NCBI GenBank assembly: GCA_047621545.1
Contig: JBLHMA010000001.1
Coordinates: 1-54,679, forward strand
From: Cognaticolwellia sp.
GTDB taxonomy: Bacteria; Myxococcota_A; UBA796; CAJQPC01
Reading direction: 5' to 3'
DNA: 54,679 nucleotides
Shown: positions 37,601-45,542 of the stretch, piece by piece
Layout: each line of letters starts with the position of its first letter
Numbering within the stretch: position 1 is the stretch's first letter
Translations under genes and position numbers: made by a program
The notes under the pieces: generated by a model
What the model was told of the DNA's origin: nothing
Seen by the model: only the letters and a program-made list of their open reading frames with translations
Database searches by the model: none

Positions 37601-37818
37601 TTCATCGCGATGAACTCACGGTGAATGCGGGTCACCTGCTCGGGGGTGGTGCGGTTGGGGCTCATGACCTTGACGGCCACCTCGCCCTCGGGACCCTGGG
37701 CTCGCCAAACAGTCGCAAGACCACCGGAGCCCACCCGCTCCAAGAGACGGTAGGGGCCTACCACAGAACCAGGACCTGGGGGTGGTCCCAGGTGTCGGGG
37801 GCCATTGCGCACACTCAT
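34657..37818 (-). CDS. Ser/Thr kinase / AAA-type (STAND-like) NTPase / TPR protein (K4)
   Basis: GSGGLATVW, VAVKVM, HRDIKPSNIL, DFGSVK, VAFMAPEQ. Walker A GLPGSGRS has an Arg codon at 36835..36837. Walker B-like is LVLLIDDLD. ATG 37818 is preferred over TTG 37824. Confidence 0.9.
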   Translation of the reverse strand: MSVRNGPRHLGPPPGPGSVVGPYRLLERVGSGGLATVWRAQGPEGEVAVKVMSPNRTTPEQVTRIHREFIAMKLMDSPHVVKVLSSGEEQGYPWLSLEYVGGGTLDSLLKRWDERPTMDRFGEAARLLRGLCSALAHIHEKGLVHRDIKPSNILVDREGLPKLTDFGSVKAPDQFTTNLTMAGHLVGTVAFMAPEQITEDEISPRVDLYALGAVFYVMLTGRRPVEADSIAGYLAKHLMEDPPPPLQVDPRCPRKLSRLCMKLMRKDPAQRPQSAIEVIEALDAPEAQTSLRLHGRDELLRQSGQRLQGLRRGEGGEVALLGLPGSGRSVLLAAIEEQALELGLVHHGVQLPCEGGLSNTIKEHVEPLLREGLEQPLVLLIDDLDAAKRPEIGALEALLRDTRSRGRLLVIYGLTGQVNSPLSEDTSYLLERLSAGLLIDVQSEPLDCGPISRKATITLLRDQGFAGKAATLSGARLHSWCDGNPRAILESVQAFHEAGWLRERSDGALELTVPGARVRGGDLPVPQAHRELVEGILVELEPTQRRALQALAILDGEADLGLIAGLCPGGPRALGTEALDPIVLRAGEGLQEQLRFARKDTQRVVLEGLDGSDRARLNRAAAELLIRKHRRRQGSVAERAATHFLRAGESEQAWPLLARAAQWSMRRHRVSAALLLAERALEVRGLVKDAGQQELMRQLLALQGHALLELGRADEAGLALQAALELSSTDLLGAETKARLGMALLAMGHPSAARTHLQGALTVLPQNTAVRHACIRALAEAFLQDGRRADAARTWEEALTAARRSGEPAQEGRCLLGLGHLELRAGSLIRAARALELAERKLPDQAPRDLALCLLYSGNLALLDGRLRVALDRGRQALRLAKSVEQADLLSLSQLLLTEAYMSAGNMDECHAMLPGLIAQEAGDPVLDAVGQDLLHNLALQILGPSSVRGLPALDAAPATLVDAARWELYRAWAMIREGASGAAMGHAKRCSELCEGPGMASLRMESLLCLGALGVPPSQELRELVQRQLSGMPEELRRGFVGRLQRLGLFPG

Positions 37819-37890
37819 GCCCAAAGTCTACCGCGATCCCAGCGTCAATCCGCCGCACCGCCGTCTACATCCCGTGGTTAGCTTCACCTC

Positions 37891-39120
37891 ATGCCGTCTT
37901 CCCGACCCGAATGGCTCGCTGACCGGCGCGCCGCCCAGCGTTTTCTGGTGCAGCTCAGGTGGGCGGGCATGGCCTTAGTCGCAGTCGCAAGCGGCATCGC
38001 CATGTTCCTGGATCGCAGCCTGAGCCCTTGGCCCTTGCTGATTCCAATCGGCCTGCAAGCCATCTCGAATGTGGCCCTGCACCAAGCCACCAAGCAGCTG
38101 CCGGCGCCAAGCTGGCTCGCCACCGGGGCGCTGGTCTTCGACGTGGTCTTATTGACCCTCGTGCTCAGTCTCAGCGGCGGCGCGATGAACCCCTTCTCGG
38201 CCAGCTATCTGACCTTGATCGTAGTGGCCTCGCTCATCCTGCAGCGCGCAGGGGTCGTCACCGTGGTGGTGGCCTGCGCGGTGCTATACGGCAGCCTGTT
38301 CTTGCTGCCCGCCGCCGGCCACGCCGCCCAAATGCGCGGACATCTACTGGGCATGTGGCTGGGTACCGGATTGGTCGGCGCCTTTGTCTCGGTGGCGATC
38401 CTGCGCTTCCGGCGCGCACTGGCCAACGCCGAGGCCGAGCTGCTTGATGCACAAGTCAGCCAAGCCCGAAGCGCCCAGCTCGCTGCCCTGGGAACGCTAG
38501 CCGCCGGTGCCGCCCACGAGCTGGCCAGCCCCCTGACCACCGTGGCCGTCATTTCCAAGGAACTAAGTTTGCGCCTGGAGAACTCACAGGACAGGGAAGA
38601 CGCCCAAGTTCTCCGCGAGGAGGTTGACCGCTGCCGTGAAATCCTCTCCCAGATGGCCGTTCAAGTAGGCAGCTCACCGGCAACCAGCACCGCCCCCATC
38701 GCCATAGAGACACTCTTGGAGCACGCCCTACAAGGCATCGCCCCAAATCCCCGCGTCCGGGTCGAGCTGCAACCCGCAACCATTCGTGTGCCAAAAGACC
38801 TGATGGCCCAAGTCGTCCGCTCCCTGGTGCGGAACGCCCAGCAGGCCTCCGGTCCAGAACAGTCCGTCTTGCTGCAGGTGAAAACCAGCCCTGAACACGT
38901 GGAGATCCGCATCGAAGACCACGGCCACGGCATGAGTCCCAAAGTCTTAGAGCGGGCCACCCAGCCCTTCTTCACCACCAAGGAGCCAGGCCGCGGCATG
39001 GGCTTGGGCCTGTTCGTCGCCGACTCTGTGCTGCGCCAGCTTGGCGGCACCCTTACCCTGGAGAGCATGCCCGAGCAGGGCACCACCGCCATCCTCTCCC
39101 TACCCACGGAGAACCCATGA
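37891..39120 (+). CDS. regB: RegB/PrrB/ActS-type redox-sensing histidine kinase
   Basis: Multi-TM N-terminus containing GGAMNPF (38176..38196), which matches the GGxxNPF quinone-site heptapeptide of RegB. H-box AAGAAHELASPLTT. A Cys flanked by Arg (R-C-R, 38629..38637) sits after the H-box. G1 is DHGHGM and G2 is GRGMGLGL. Confidence 0.8.
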   Translation: MPSSRPEWLADRRAAQRFLVQLRWAGMALVAVASGIAMFLDRSLSPWPLLIPIGLQAISNVALHQATKQLPAPSWLATGALVFDVVLLTLVLSLSGGAMNPFSASYLTLIVVASLILQRAGVVTVVVACAVLYGSLFLLPAAGHAAQMRGHLLGMWLGTGLVGAFVSVAILRFRRALANAEAELLDAQVSQARSAQLAALGTLAAGAAHELASPLTTVAVISKELSLRLENSQDREDAQVLREEVDRCREILSQMAVQVGSSPATSTAPIAIETLLEHALQGIAPNPRVRVELQPATIRVPKDLMAQVVRSLVRNAQQASGPEQSVLLQVKTSPEHVEIRIEDHGHGMSPKVLERATQPFFTTKEPGRGMGLGLFVADSVLRQLGGTLTLESMPEQGTTAILSLPTENP

Positions 39121-39635
39121 AAGAGAGCATTCTGGTTGTAGAGGACGATCTGCGTCTGGCCAGCGCCATGGCCAACGCTCTGGAACGCCGTGGTCACCCC
39201 ACCTCGGTCGCCCATGATGCAGAAGAGGCCATCGAGTCCATGGCCGAGTTTCCCAGCGACTGGGTTCTGCTCGACCTGAAGGTTCCTGGCGCCAAAGGCT
39301 TGAGCATCCTGGCCGAGCTGATGCACCGAAATGTGCCTCCTCAGGTGGTGCTGCTCACTGGCTTTGCAAGCTTGGCCACCGCGGTGGAGGCCGGCGCTCT
39401 GGGCGCGCTCCAAGTCCTACAGAAACCAGCCGACGCAGACGAGGTCTTGGCAGCCTTTCAGCACGCCACCAGAGACCAGGATCTAACCGCCCCGACCCTG
39501 GCTCGGGCCGAGTGGGAACACATCCAGCGGGTGCTGGAAGAGTGCGGCGGCAACATCTCCCAGGCGGCCCGGATTCTGGGCCTGCACCGGCGCACCCTCC
39601 AGCGAAAACTAGGGAAGGATGCGCCGAAGCGCTGA
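39117..39635 (+). CDS. regA: RegA/PrrA/ActR-type response regulator (REC plus Fis-type HTH)
   Basis: ATGA overlap with the kinase (39117..39120). REC motifs are VVEDD and VLLDLKVPG. The C-terminal AEWEHIQRVLEECGGNISQAARILGLHRRTLQRKL closely matches the RegA HTH as I recall it. Confidence 0.85.
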   Translation: MKESILVVEDDLRLASAMANALERRGHPTSVAHDAEEAIESMAEFPSDWVLLDLKVPGAKGLSILAELMHRNVPPQVVLLTGFASLATAVEAGALGALQVLQKPADADEVLAAFQHATRDQDLTAPTLARAEWEHIQRVLEECGGNISQAARILGLHRRTLQRKLGKDAPKR

Positions 39636-39720
39636 GTCGAGGGTGAACCAGGGTCTGAGCTGCACTCAGGCCTTCTGGCGATCCATCCAACGCAGCACCG
39701 CTGGGTACGCATCTACCCTT

Positions 39721-39805
39721 TACACCCTCGATCAGGCAGACTGACCACATGCGAGGCTTGCGCTCGCACGCCTCCCACGGATCATCTTGCCTGACCGAGG
39801 GCGTA
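39721..39805 (+). mobile_element. MITE copy B: 85-bp internal-deletion derivative
   Basis: It has the same termini and TA flanks as copies A and C. The central 79 bp are missing, exactly between two CGCCTCC direct repeats present in copy C. The right end abuts the K5 stop codon (39806..39808). Confidence 0.85.
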
Positions 39806-42800
39806 TCAGCCGTGCGCGATACTCGCGCACACAGCCATGAGACGCTTACCGTCCTCGCGGCCCAAGTTGGCCGACAAGGTGCGGGCCAAGGCCCGAGAGA
39901 CCCGCCCATGCATGGAGACGCTGGCATCTTCCTCGGAGAAGCGGGCCAACAGGCAGTGGGACTTGAGGGCGTAGAAACGGAAACCACAGGTCTCCGCTTG
40001 GCTCAGCGCCTCCTTGGCGCGCTTGTTCGCCTCGAAGAGCAGTCCGCTGGCTCCAAGCGCCCACGCTGCAATGAGATCCAAGCGAATGCGCTGGTGCGGC
40101 CAGGGCCTACCCACATTGGCGTAGGCCAACTCGACTGCAGCGAGCACCTGCTCCGAGGGAGCACCACGCTCGGCCAAGAGGCGGCCACGCCAGGCCCGAA
40201 CCAGAGGACCGAAGCCCTCCAAGTCGTAGCGGCCCAGAAGCTCTTCGACCCGCACCAGCTCGCGTTCCACCTCGTCCAGGCGACGCTCGCGCAGCGCGAT
40301 ACGAACCAGAGTGATGCGCACGGCCAGTTCGTCATCGTGCCGGTGTAGCCGTTCGCTGAGCATCAGGGCTTCCGCCGCGGACTCACGGGCATCTGCCAGG
40401 CGCTCCAGATCCACCAAGACCAGGGCACGGTACTGCAGGCCGATGGCCACGCCGTTCTGGTAGCGGGTCTCCCGAGCCTGGGAGATGGTGCGATCGGCCA
40501 GCTGCATGGCCCGGCGCAGGTTGCCCGTGCAGTGACACAGCTCCACCAGGTTTACCCGGGCCACCATCAAAGGCCCCAGCTTGCCCAAGCGAGAAAAGGT
40601 CTCTACCGACTGCTCCAGGTATTTCCTGGACTCTGCCGCTTGACCCTTGCACAGGGCAACCAGCCCCAGGCCGGTGTAGCCCTGGGCCAATGCCTCGTCG
40701 TCATGCACCGCGCCCGCCGCGCTCAGAGCCTCCAGCCAGTGCTGCCGGGCCCCGTCCAGGTCCCCCCGGTTCCAGCGCACTGACGCCATGCCGTGCAGGG
40801 GGGCGACCTGCAGAGTGGTGTCCCCCAAGCGGCGCGCCATGGACAAGGCCTCGGTGTAGCGGTCCTCGGCGGTGTCCAGATCTACGTCCCGGCGGGCGGC
40901 GGAGCCCAGAGCTGCCAGAGTGCGTGTGCGTAGGCGCTCATCGCCGATGGCCAAGGCCAGCTCGTCGGCCTGATACTGGTCCAGATCCGCCTCTTCACTG
41001 CGCCCAAGATGCTCCATGGCCTGTCCACGGCGCAGCAGCAGCGTTGCCAGCGCCCTGTCGGCGTCCTCCAAGGTCATGTACTCGCGGGCGTCGGGCTCCA
41101 CGGCCAGGGCCCGGTCGTAGAAGACCTCGGCCTCCCCCACAAAGCTGCGGTCCTGAAGACGGATGCCCGCACGTAGCAGGTAGGGGTAGGCCTTGGCGGG
41201 CAGCTCTCCCTGCTCGAAGTGCCATGCAATGGCCTCGACGACGGTGGAGATCCGGTGCCTGTACAGACGCTCCAACGTGGCCCCAAGCCGGCGGTGCAGT
41301 TGCCGCCGCAGTTGATCGGGCATCCCCTCCAGCAAAATGTCCTGCAGCCTAGGCCTGGCCAGCTCGTAGAGCTCATCCATGCCGCCTAAACGCGCCCGAA
41401 TAAGACCGTGGTCCAGAAGCGCTTCAAGCTCCAGGAGGAGCTCAGTCTCGGTGGTGCGCAGGGCTTCGAGTAGGGCGTCTAAGGTGAGTTCTTGCCCGGA
41501 GACGGCCAAGACACGAGCCACCGCAAGCGAGGACGGACTGAGCTTGGTCAGCCGCGCACGCAGAGCGTCCCGAATGCTGGCCGGGATGGGCAACCGGGCC
41601 TGGGCAACCAGCGCCGTATCCAGCTCCAATCTATAGCCAGTCTCGGCTGGCTGAATGACCCCCTGGGCCACCAAACCGCGAATCATCTCGGCGATAAAGT
41701 GCGGGTTTCCCTCGCCTTCTCGATGCAGGCGAGTCGCAAGGGTGCGGGAGCGCTCATCGTCTGGAATGAGCTGAAGCAGCATCTCCTCGACCGCGGAGAT
41801 CGAGATGGGCTGCAGGGAGAGCACCCGAGGCGCGATGCCACTGGCCGTGTCCTCGAACAGCCCAGCCAGGGGGTCCAGCACCTCGCCTGCCTTTCGACCC
41901 AAGACGAAGAGGATGGGGTCGCTGGAGAGGTGCAGGTGGTTGCGGAGCAAGAACTCCAGCATCGCCACCGCGCCCCGACGGGCCCGGTGAACCTCGTCCA
42001 AGATGATGACCAGCGGCATGTGCTCCCGCAAGAGATCGCGGGTGGCCGTGAGAAGCTGGTAGCGCTCCAAGGTGCCCTGGGCCTGACCGAAGGCCACATC
42101 CAGAGGAGCGGGCAAGACCGTCAGCTTTAGGTCTGCGAGGATGCCGTCAAACCCACCGAACTCGTGGTCGTCGCGCCCACAGCGGCCCGCGAGAACACGA
42201 AGACCCAAGCTTTCGGCACGCTCCTGCACGACCCGCAGCAGCGCGCTCTTTCCAAAGCCGGGGGCGCCCTCCACCACGATGGAGCCACCGCGGCCATTCT
42301 GGAGTTGGGAGAGCGCCTCACGCAGCTGGGCGAGCTCAGAGACCCGGCCAACCAAGCGAACGGGAAAGCGCTTTAGATCGACCGCCGCACGCTGGTGCTG
42401 ATCTAAGACCGAGAGCAGGTGCCTTGCGCTACCGTAGCGGGCCACCGGGTCCTTCTCAAGCAGCCGCATGCACACCCCGTCCAAGTGAGCGGGCACCGTG
42501 GGGCTCACTTCTCGTGGAGACCGCGGTACTTGATGCAGGTGCTTGTCCAATAAGCTCGCCACCGAGTTGGCCTGAAAGGGCCTCCGGCCGGTCAGCATGT
42601 AGTAGAAAACCGCGCCCAGCGAATACAGGTCTGCCCGCGCGTCGACCCGGCCGTTGCCAATCTCTGCGGAGATCTGTTCCGGGGAGATCCAGGCCACCGT
42701 ACCGACCATCTCACCGACGGTGGTCAGCTCTGCGCCAGGCATATGCACCACACCAAAGTCCATCAACACCGCTCGACCACTGGCGTTGACGCGAATGTTA

Positions 42801-43246
42801 CCGGGGGTCACGTCCCGGTGTACCAGGCCTTGCTCGTGCACAGCAGCTAAAGCCTGAGCAACTTGTACCAGGAGGGTCTCGCAGCGAGCGTAGCGCTTCT
42901 CCGGGGGAAGCTCCGCCCAAGCCAAAACCTCGGCCTTTAGATCTCGGCCGTCCAAGCATTCCATGGTGAACCACAGGCGGCCCTCGTGCTCACCATTCTC
43001 ATTCACCCGCAGAATATGGGGATGTTTCAGCCCTTTCAGAGTCTGAAATTCCGCCACAAAGCGCTGCCGAAGTTCGGTGGAACTCAGTCCGCCGTGCAGC
43101 AGCTTTAGAGCCTGGAGGGAGCCATCTCGGCTGTCGCGCACCCGCAGAACGGTCGCCATACCGCCACGACCCAGAGTCTCCAGGACCTGGTAGTGGCCAA
43201 TGCTTGCACCTGGTGAGGTGTCCGGCTCTGGTGGTGGGGGGGCCAT
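39806..43246 (-). CDS. Atypical Ser/Thr kinase / AAA-type (STAND-like) NTPase / TPR protein (K5)
   Basis: GRGGMATVL, QALKLL, DFGVVH, VAWISPEQ. The catalytic loop reads HRDVTPGN (42797..42820), with Thr where HRDxKxxN has Lys. Walker A GAPGFGKS is canonical (Lys codon 42248..42250). Walker B is LVIILDEVH. Confidence 0.9.
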   Translation of the reverse strand: MAPPPPEPDTSPGASIGHYQVLETLGRGGMATVLRVRDSRDGSLQALKLLHGGLSSTELRQRFVAEFQTLKGLKHPHILRVNENGEHEGRLWFTMECLDGRDLKAEVLAWAELPPEKRYARCETLLVQVAQALAAVHEQGLVHRDVTPGNIRVNASGRAVLMDFGVVHMPGAELTTVGEMVGTVAWISPEQISAEIGNGRVDARADLYSLGAVFYYMLTGRRPFQANSVASLLDKHLHQVPRSPREVSPTVPAHLDGVCMRLLEKDPVARYGSARHLLSVLDQHQRAAVDLKRFPVRLVGRVSELAQLREALSQLQNGRGGSIVVEGAPGFGKSALLRVVQERAESLGLRVLAGRCGRDDHEFGGFDGILADLKLTVLPAPLDVAFGQAQGTLERYQLLTATRDLLREHMPLVIILDEVHRARRGAVAMLEFLLRNHLHLSSDPILFVLGRKAGEVLDPLAGLFEDTASGIAPRVLSLQPISISAVEEMLLQLIPDDERSRTLATRLHREGEGNPHFIAEMIRGLVAQGVIQPAETGYRLELDTALVAQARLPIPASIRDALRARLTKLSPSSLAVARVLAVSGQELTLDALLEALRTTETELLLELEALLDHGLIRARLGGMDELYELARPRLQDILLEGMPDQLRRQLHRRLGATLERLYRHRISTVVEAIAWHFEQGELPAKAYPYLLRAGIRLQDRSFVGEAEVFYDRALAVEPDAREYMTLEDADRALATLLLRRGQAMEHLGRSEEADLDQYQADELALAIGDERLRTRTLAALGSAARRDVDLDTAEDRYTEALSMARRLGDTTLQVAPLHGMASVRWNRGDLDGARQHWLEALSAAGAVHDDEALAQGYTGLGLVALCKGQAAESRKYLEQSVETFSRLGKLGPLMVARVNLVELCHCTGNLRRAMQLADRTISQARETRYQNGVAIGLQYRALVLVDLERLADARESAAEALMLSERLHRHDDELAVRITLVRIALRERRLDEVERELVRVEELLGRYDLEGFGPLVRAWRGRLLAERGAPSEQVLAAVELAYANVGRPWPHQRIRLDLIAAWALGASGLLFEANKRAKEALSQAETCGFRFYALKSHCLLARFSEEDASVSMHGRVSRALARTLSANLGREDGKRLMAVCASIAHG

Positions 43247-43353
43247 CGTCTCGCCCTAAAGTCCGGTGTGACTGCCGTGTAAGAGGAACCCGGCTTATAG
43301 TGCGTATCCCGCTGATTCAACCCCGAAAAGCCCCGCCAGGAAAAGGACCTTCC

Positions 43354-44118
43354 GTGCAAGTCGAAGCCTACGCCGCCACAGACATCGGTCCCGTGCGGGA
43401 CAACAACGAAGACGCCTGGCTCATTGACCTGGATGGCGGCCTATTGGTCGTCGCCGACGGCATGGGTGGACACGCCGCGGGAGAGGTGGCCTCGGCCATC
43501 GCTGTCGAGACCGTTCAGGAGATCCTAATGGGTGGCGAGGATCCCGACGAGACCCGCCTCTCCACCACTGTGGACGACCCCGCCGACGCCCTGCGCGAGC
43601 GCCTGCGCTACGCCATGAACCAGGCCAGCGTAAACATCCGCCGGGAAGTGGAACGCAATCCCAAGCATTCCGGTATGGGCACCACCTTGGTAGTCGTCGT
43701 CTTGGACAGGGACCAGGCCCACTTGGCTCACGTGGGCGACTCCCGCGCATACCTGTTCCGCGATGAACGCCTGATGCGCCTGACCCGTGACCACACGGTC
43801 GTGCAACAAGAAGTGGACGCCGGGCGCCTGACCCCCGAACTGGCCCGCATTGTTCCCCACAAGAACATCCTGACCCGCAGCGTTGGGTTTCACGGGAGCG
43901 TGGAGCCGGACACAAGCACACGCTCGCTGATGCCCGGGGACGTTCTCGTTCTGTGCAGCGATGGACTGAGTGACCCGGTCGAGGACAGCACGATCGAGGC
44001 GATCTGCGTGAAGACCCACATCGAGGACCTGGCGGGCACCCTGGTGCAGGAGGCCATCAAGTCCGGTGGCGAAGACAACATCACCGTGGTCGTCGCCCAG
44101 TTGCGGGAAGATGACTGA
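43354..44118 (+). CDS. PP2C-family Ser/Thr phosphatase
   Basis: ATDIGPVRDNNEDAW, VVADGMGGHAAGEVAS, GTTLVV, HVGDSRAY, CSDGLSD, GGEDNITVVV. GTG 43354 lies after AGGAAAAGGA. The ORF is open from 43204, but that part is antisense to the K5 start region. Confidence 0.85.
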   Translation: MQVEAYAATDIGPVRDNNEDAWLIDLDGGLLVVADGMGGHAAGEVASAIAVETVQEILMGGEDPDETRLSTTVDDPADALRERLRYAMNQASVNIRREVERNPKHSGMGTTLVVVVLDRDQAHLAHVGDSRAYLFRDERLMRLTRDHTVVQQEVDAGRLTPELARIVPHKNILTRSVGFHGSVEPDTSTRSLMPGDVLVLCSDGLSDPVEDSTIEAICVKTHIEDLAGTLVQEAIKSGGEDNITVVVAQLREDD

Positions 44119-44545
44119 GTCAACAGGCGAAGCGCTGCTCAGCACTCCGGCTCCCTTTGGCAAGATCCGCGGCATCCTGGTGGCCATGGCCGTCTTCTGG
44201 GCTCTAATGAGCCTGGTGACCGTCTACGGGAACACCCAGCTCAGCGCGGAGGATCTCGGGGACACCCCTCTCTGGGCCACAGTCGCGGCCCCCGCTTTTG
44301 TGGGGCTATTCTCCGCCCTGGCCGCGTGGCGCACCCGCCCCGGAGACCGCCAAGGCTGGGGTTTGGGGGTCAGCGCAATGGCCCTAAACCTTCTTGGCTG
44401 CGTCACCGCACCTCTGGCCATCTGGGGCATCCTTATGCTCTTTAAGCCAACTACAAAGGCACAGATGCTCGGGGGCCGCTTTGCAAAGCCCCTTCCCCAA
44501 CGGGGTTTAGCTGCGACGCCGCCGGAGCCCAAGCAGACCGACTAA
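44111..44545 (+). CDS. Small integral membrane protein coupled to the PP2C gene
   Basis: ATG 44111 overlaps the PP2C stop by 8 nt. Three or four hydrophobic helices are present (ILVAMAVFWALMSLVTV, LWATVAAPAFVGLFSALAAW, VSAMALNLLGCVTAPLAIWGILMLF). Its 3' end overlaps the convergent trypsin gene by 39 nt. Confidence 0.5.
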   Translation: MTESTGEALLSTPAPFGKIRGILVAMAVFWALMSLVTVYGNTQLSAEDLGDTPLWATVAAPAFVGLFSALAAWRTRPGDRQGWGLGVSAMALNLLGCVTAPLAIWGILMLFKPTTKAQMLGGRFAKPLPQRGLAATPPEPKQTD

Positions 44546-45493
44546 GCCCAGGGCCCACCAGCCCGAGGGGCTGCCCTGACTGCAGCCACCACACTCCGCA
44601 GCCTGGCCACCGTCGCGGTCCCCGCCAGTGTCCGCGTCCGTCTCTTCCAGCACGCCGGAGTCAGAGTCCGCGTCGGTGTCCGTGTCTGTATCGCTGTCCG
44701 AGTACGCGTCCGTGTCGCTGTCCCCTTCCAGCTCAAACTCCACGTGCTCCTCCAGGAACTCCAGCTCGCGGTCGATGCGAACCGCAGCCGCGCCCGGCTT
44801 GCCTGAGTCACAGTCAATTGCTCCTTCATCCATGTCGAAGACAAAGGTGTTCACCCCGACCAGCTCCCAGCTGTCGGTGTCCGGATCCTTCCACATCGCG
44901 GCCCCACCAGAGTCTCCGCTACACACGTTCTTGGATTCCCCGTCCGCGTAGGTGTAGACAAAGTTGTTGTCAGAGAAGTAGATGGGGACATTGACCTTTC
45001 GGCGAGTGCCGCCACTGTCGGCCTTGTCTGAGTCGGTCAACCCGTAGCCCACGTAGGTGAGGTTTTCTCCCACGTCGCTCGTGACCAAAGCCTGGGTGTT
45101 CAGAGACATGGTCCCAAAGTCTTGGATGCCCGACTCCAGGTAGAGCACAGCGATGTCGTGATGGGCGGTCTGCGCACTGTAGTCCGGATGCGCGTACATG
45201 GACTTGATCTCAGCCGAGGCCTCCCAAGAGTCCGCGATCTGGTCGGCCACCACAAAGTACAAGGTGTATCCGGCCCCCTGGTACCCCTCTGCAGCCTCTA
45301 CGCAGTGGGCTGCCGTGATCACACGACGGGCAGCAACCAAGGTCCCGCTGCAGAAGCTGCCCGCGAAACCACCTTTCTCCGCCACAAAGGCGCCCACCTG
45401 CTTGTAGGGGTGGCCGCTGACCTGGCTGCCACCAACGATTGGAGGAGGGGTCACGGCGAAAGCCACGGACAGAAACGGGGTGATCAGAAGCAT
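44507..45493 (-). CDS. Secreted trypsin-like (S1) serine protease with acidic linker and MYXO-CTERM tail
   Basis: PPPIVGGS, ITAAHC, HDIAVLYL, CSGDSGGA. The linker is DSDTDAYSDSDTDTDTDADSDSG. The tail is CGGCSQGSPSGWWALGLVGLLGLRRRRS. Confidence 0.9.
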   Translation of the reverse strand: MLLITPFLSVAFAVTPPPIVGGSQVSGHPYKQVGAFVAEKGGFAGSFCSGTLVAARRVITAAHCVEAAEGYQGAGYTLYFVVADQIADSWEASAEIKSMYAHPDYSAQTAHHDIAVLYLESGIQDFGTMSLNTQALVTSDVGENLTYVGYGLTDSDKADSGGTRRKVNVPIYFSDNNFVYTYADGESKNVCSGDSGGAAMWKDPDTDSWELVGVNTFVFDMDEGAIDCDSGKPGAAAVRIDRELEFLEEHVEFELEGDSDTDAYSDSDTDTDTDADSDSGVLEETDADTGGDRDGGQAAECGGCSQGSPSGWWALGLVGLLGLRRRRS

Positions 45494-45542
45494 GGTGACA
45501 AGAATCCTCTGGCCCTACTCTACGGTACTTTCCCAGACTTGG

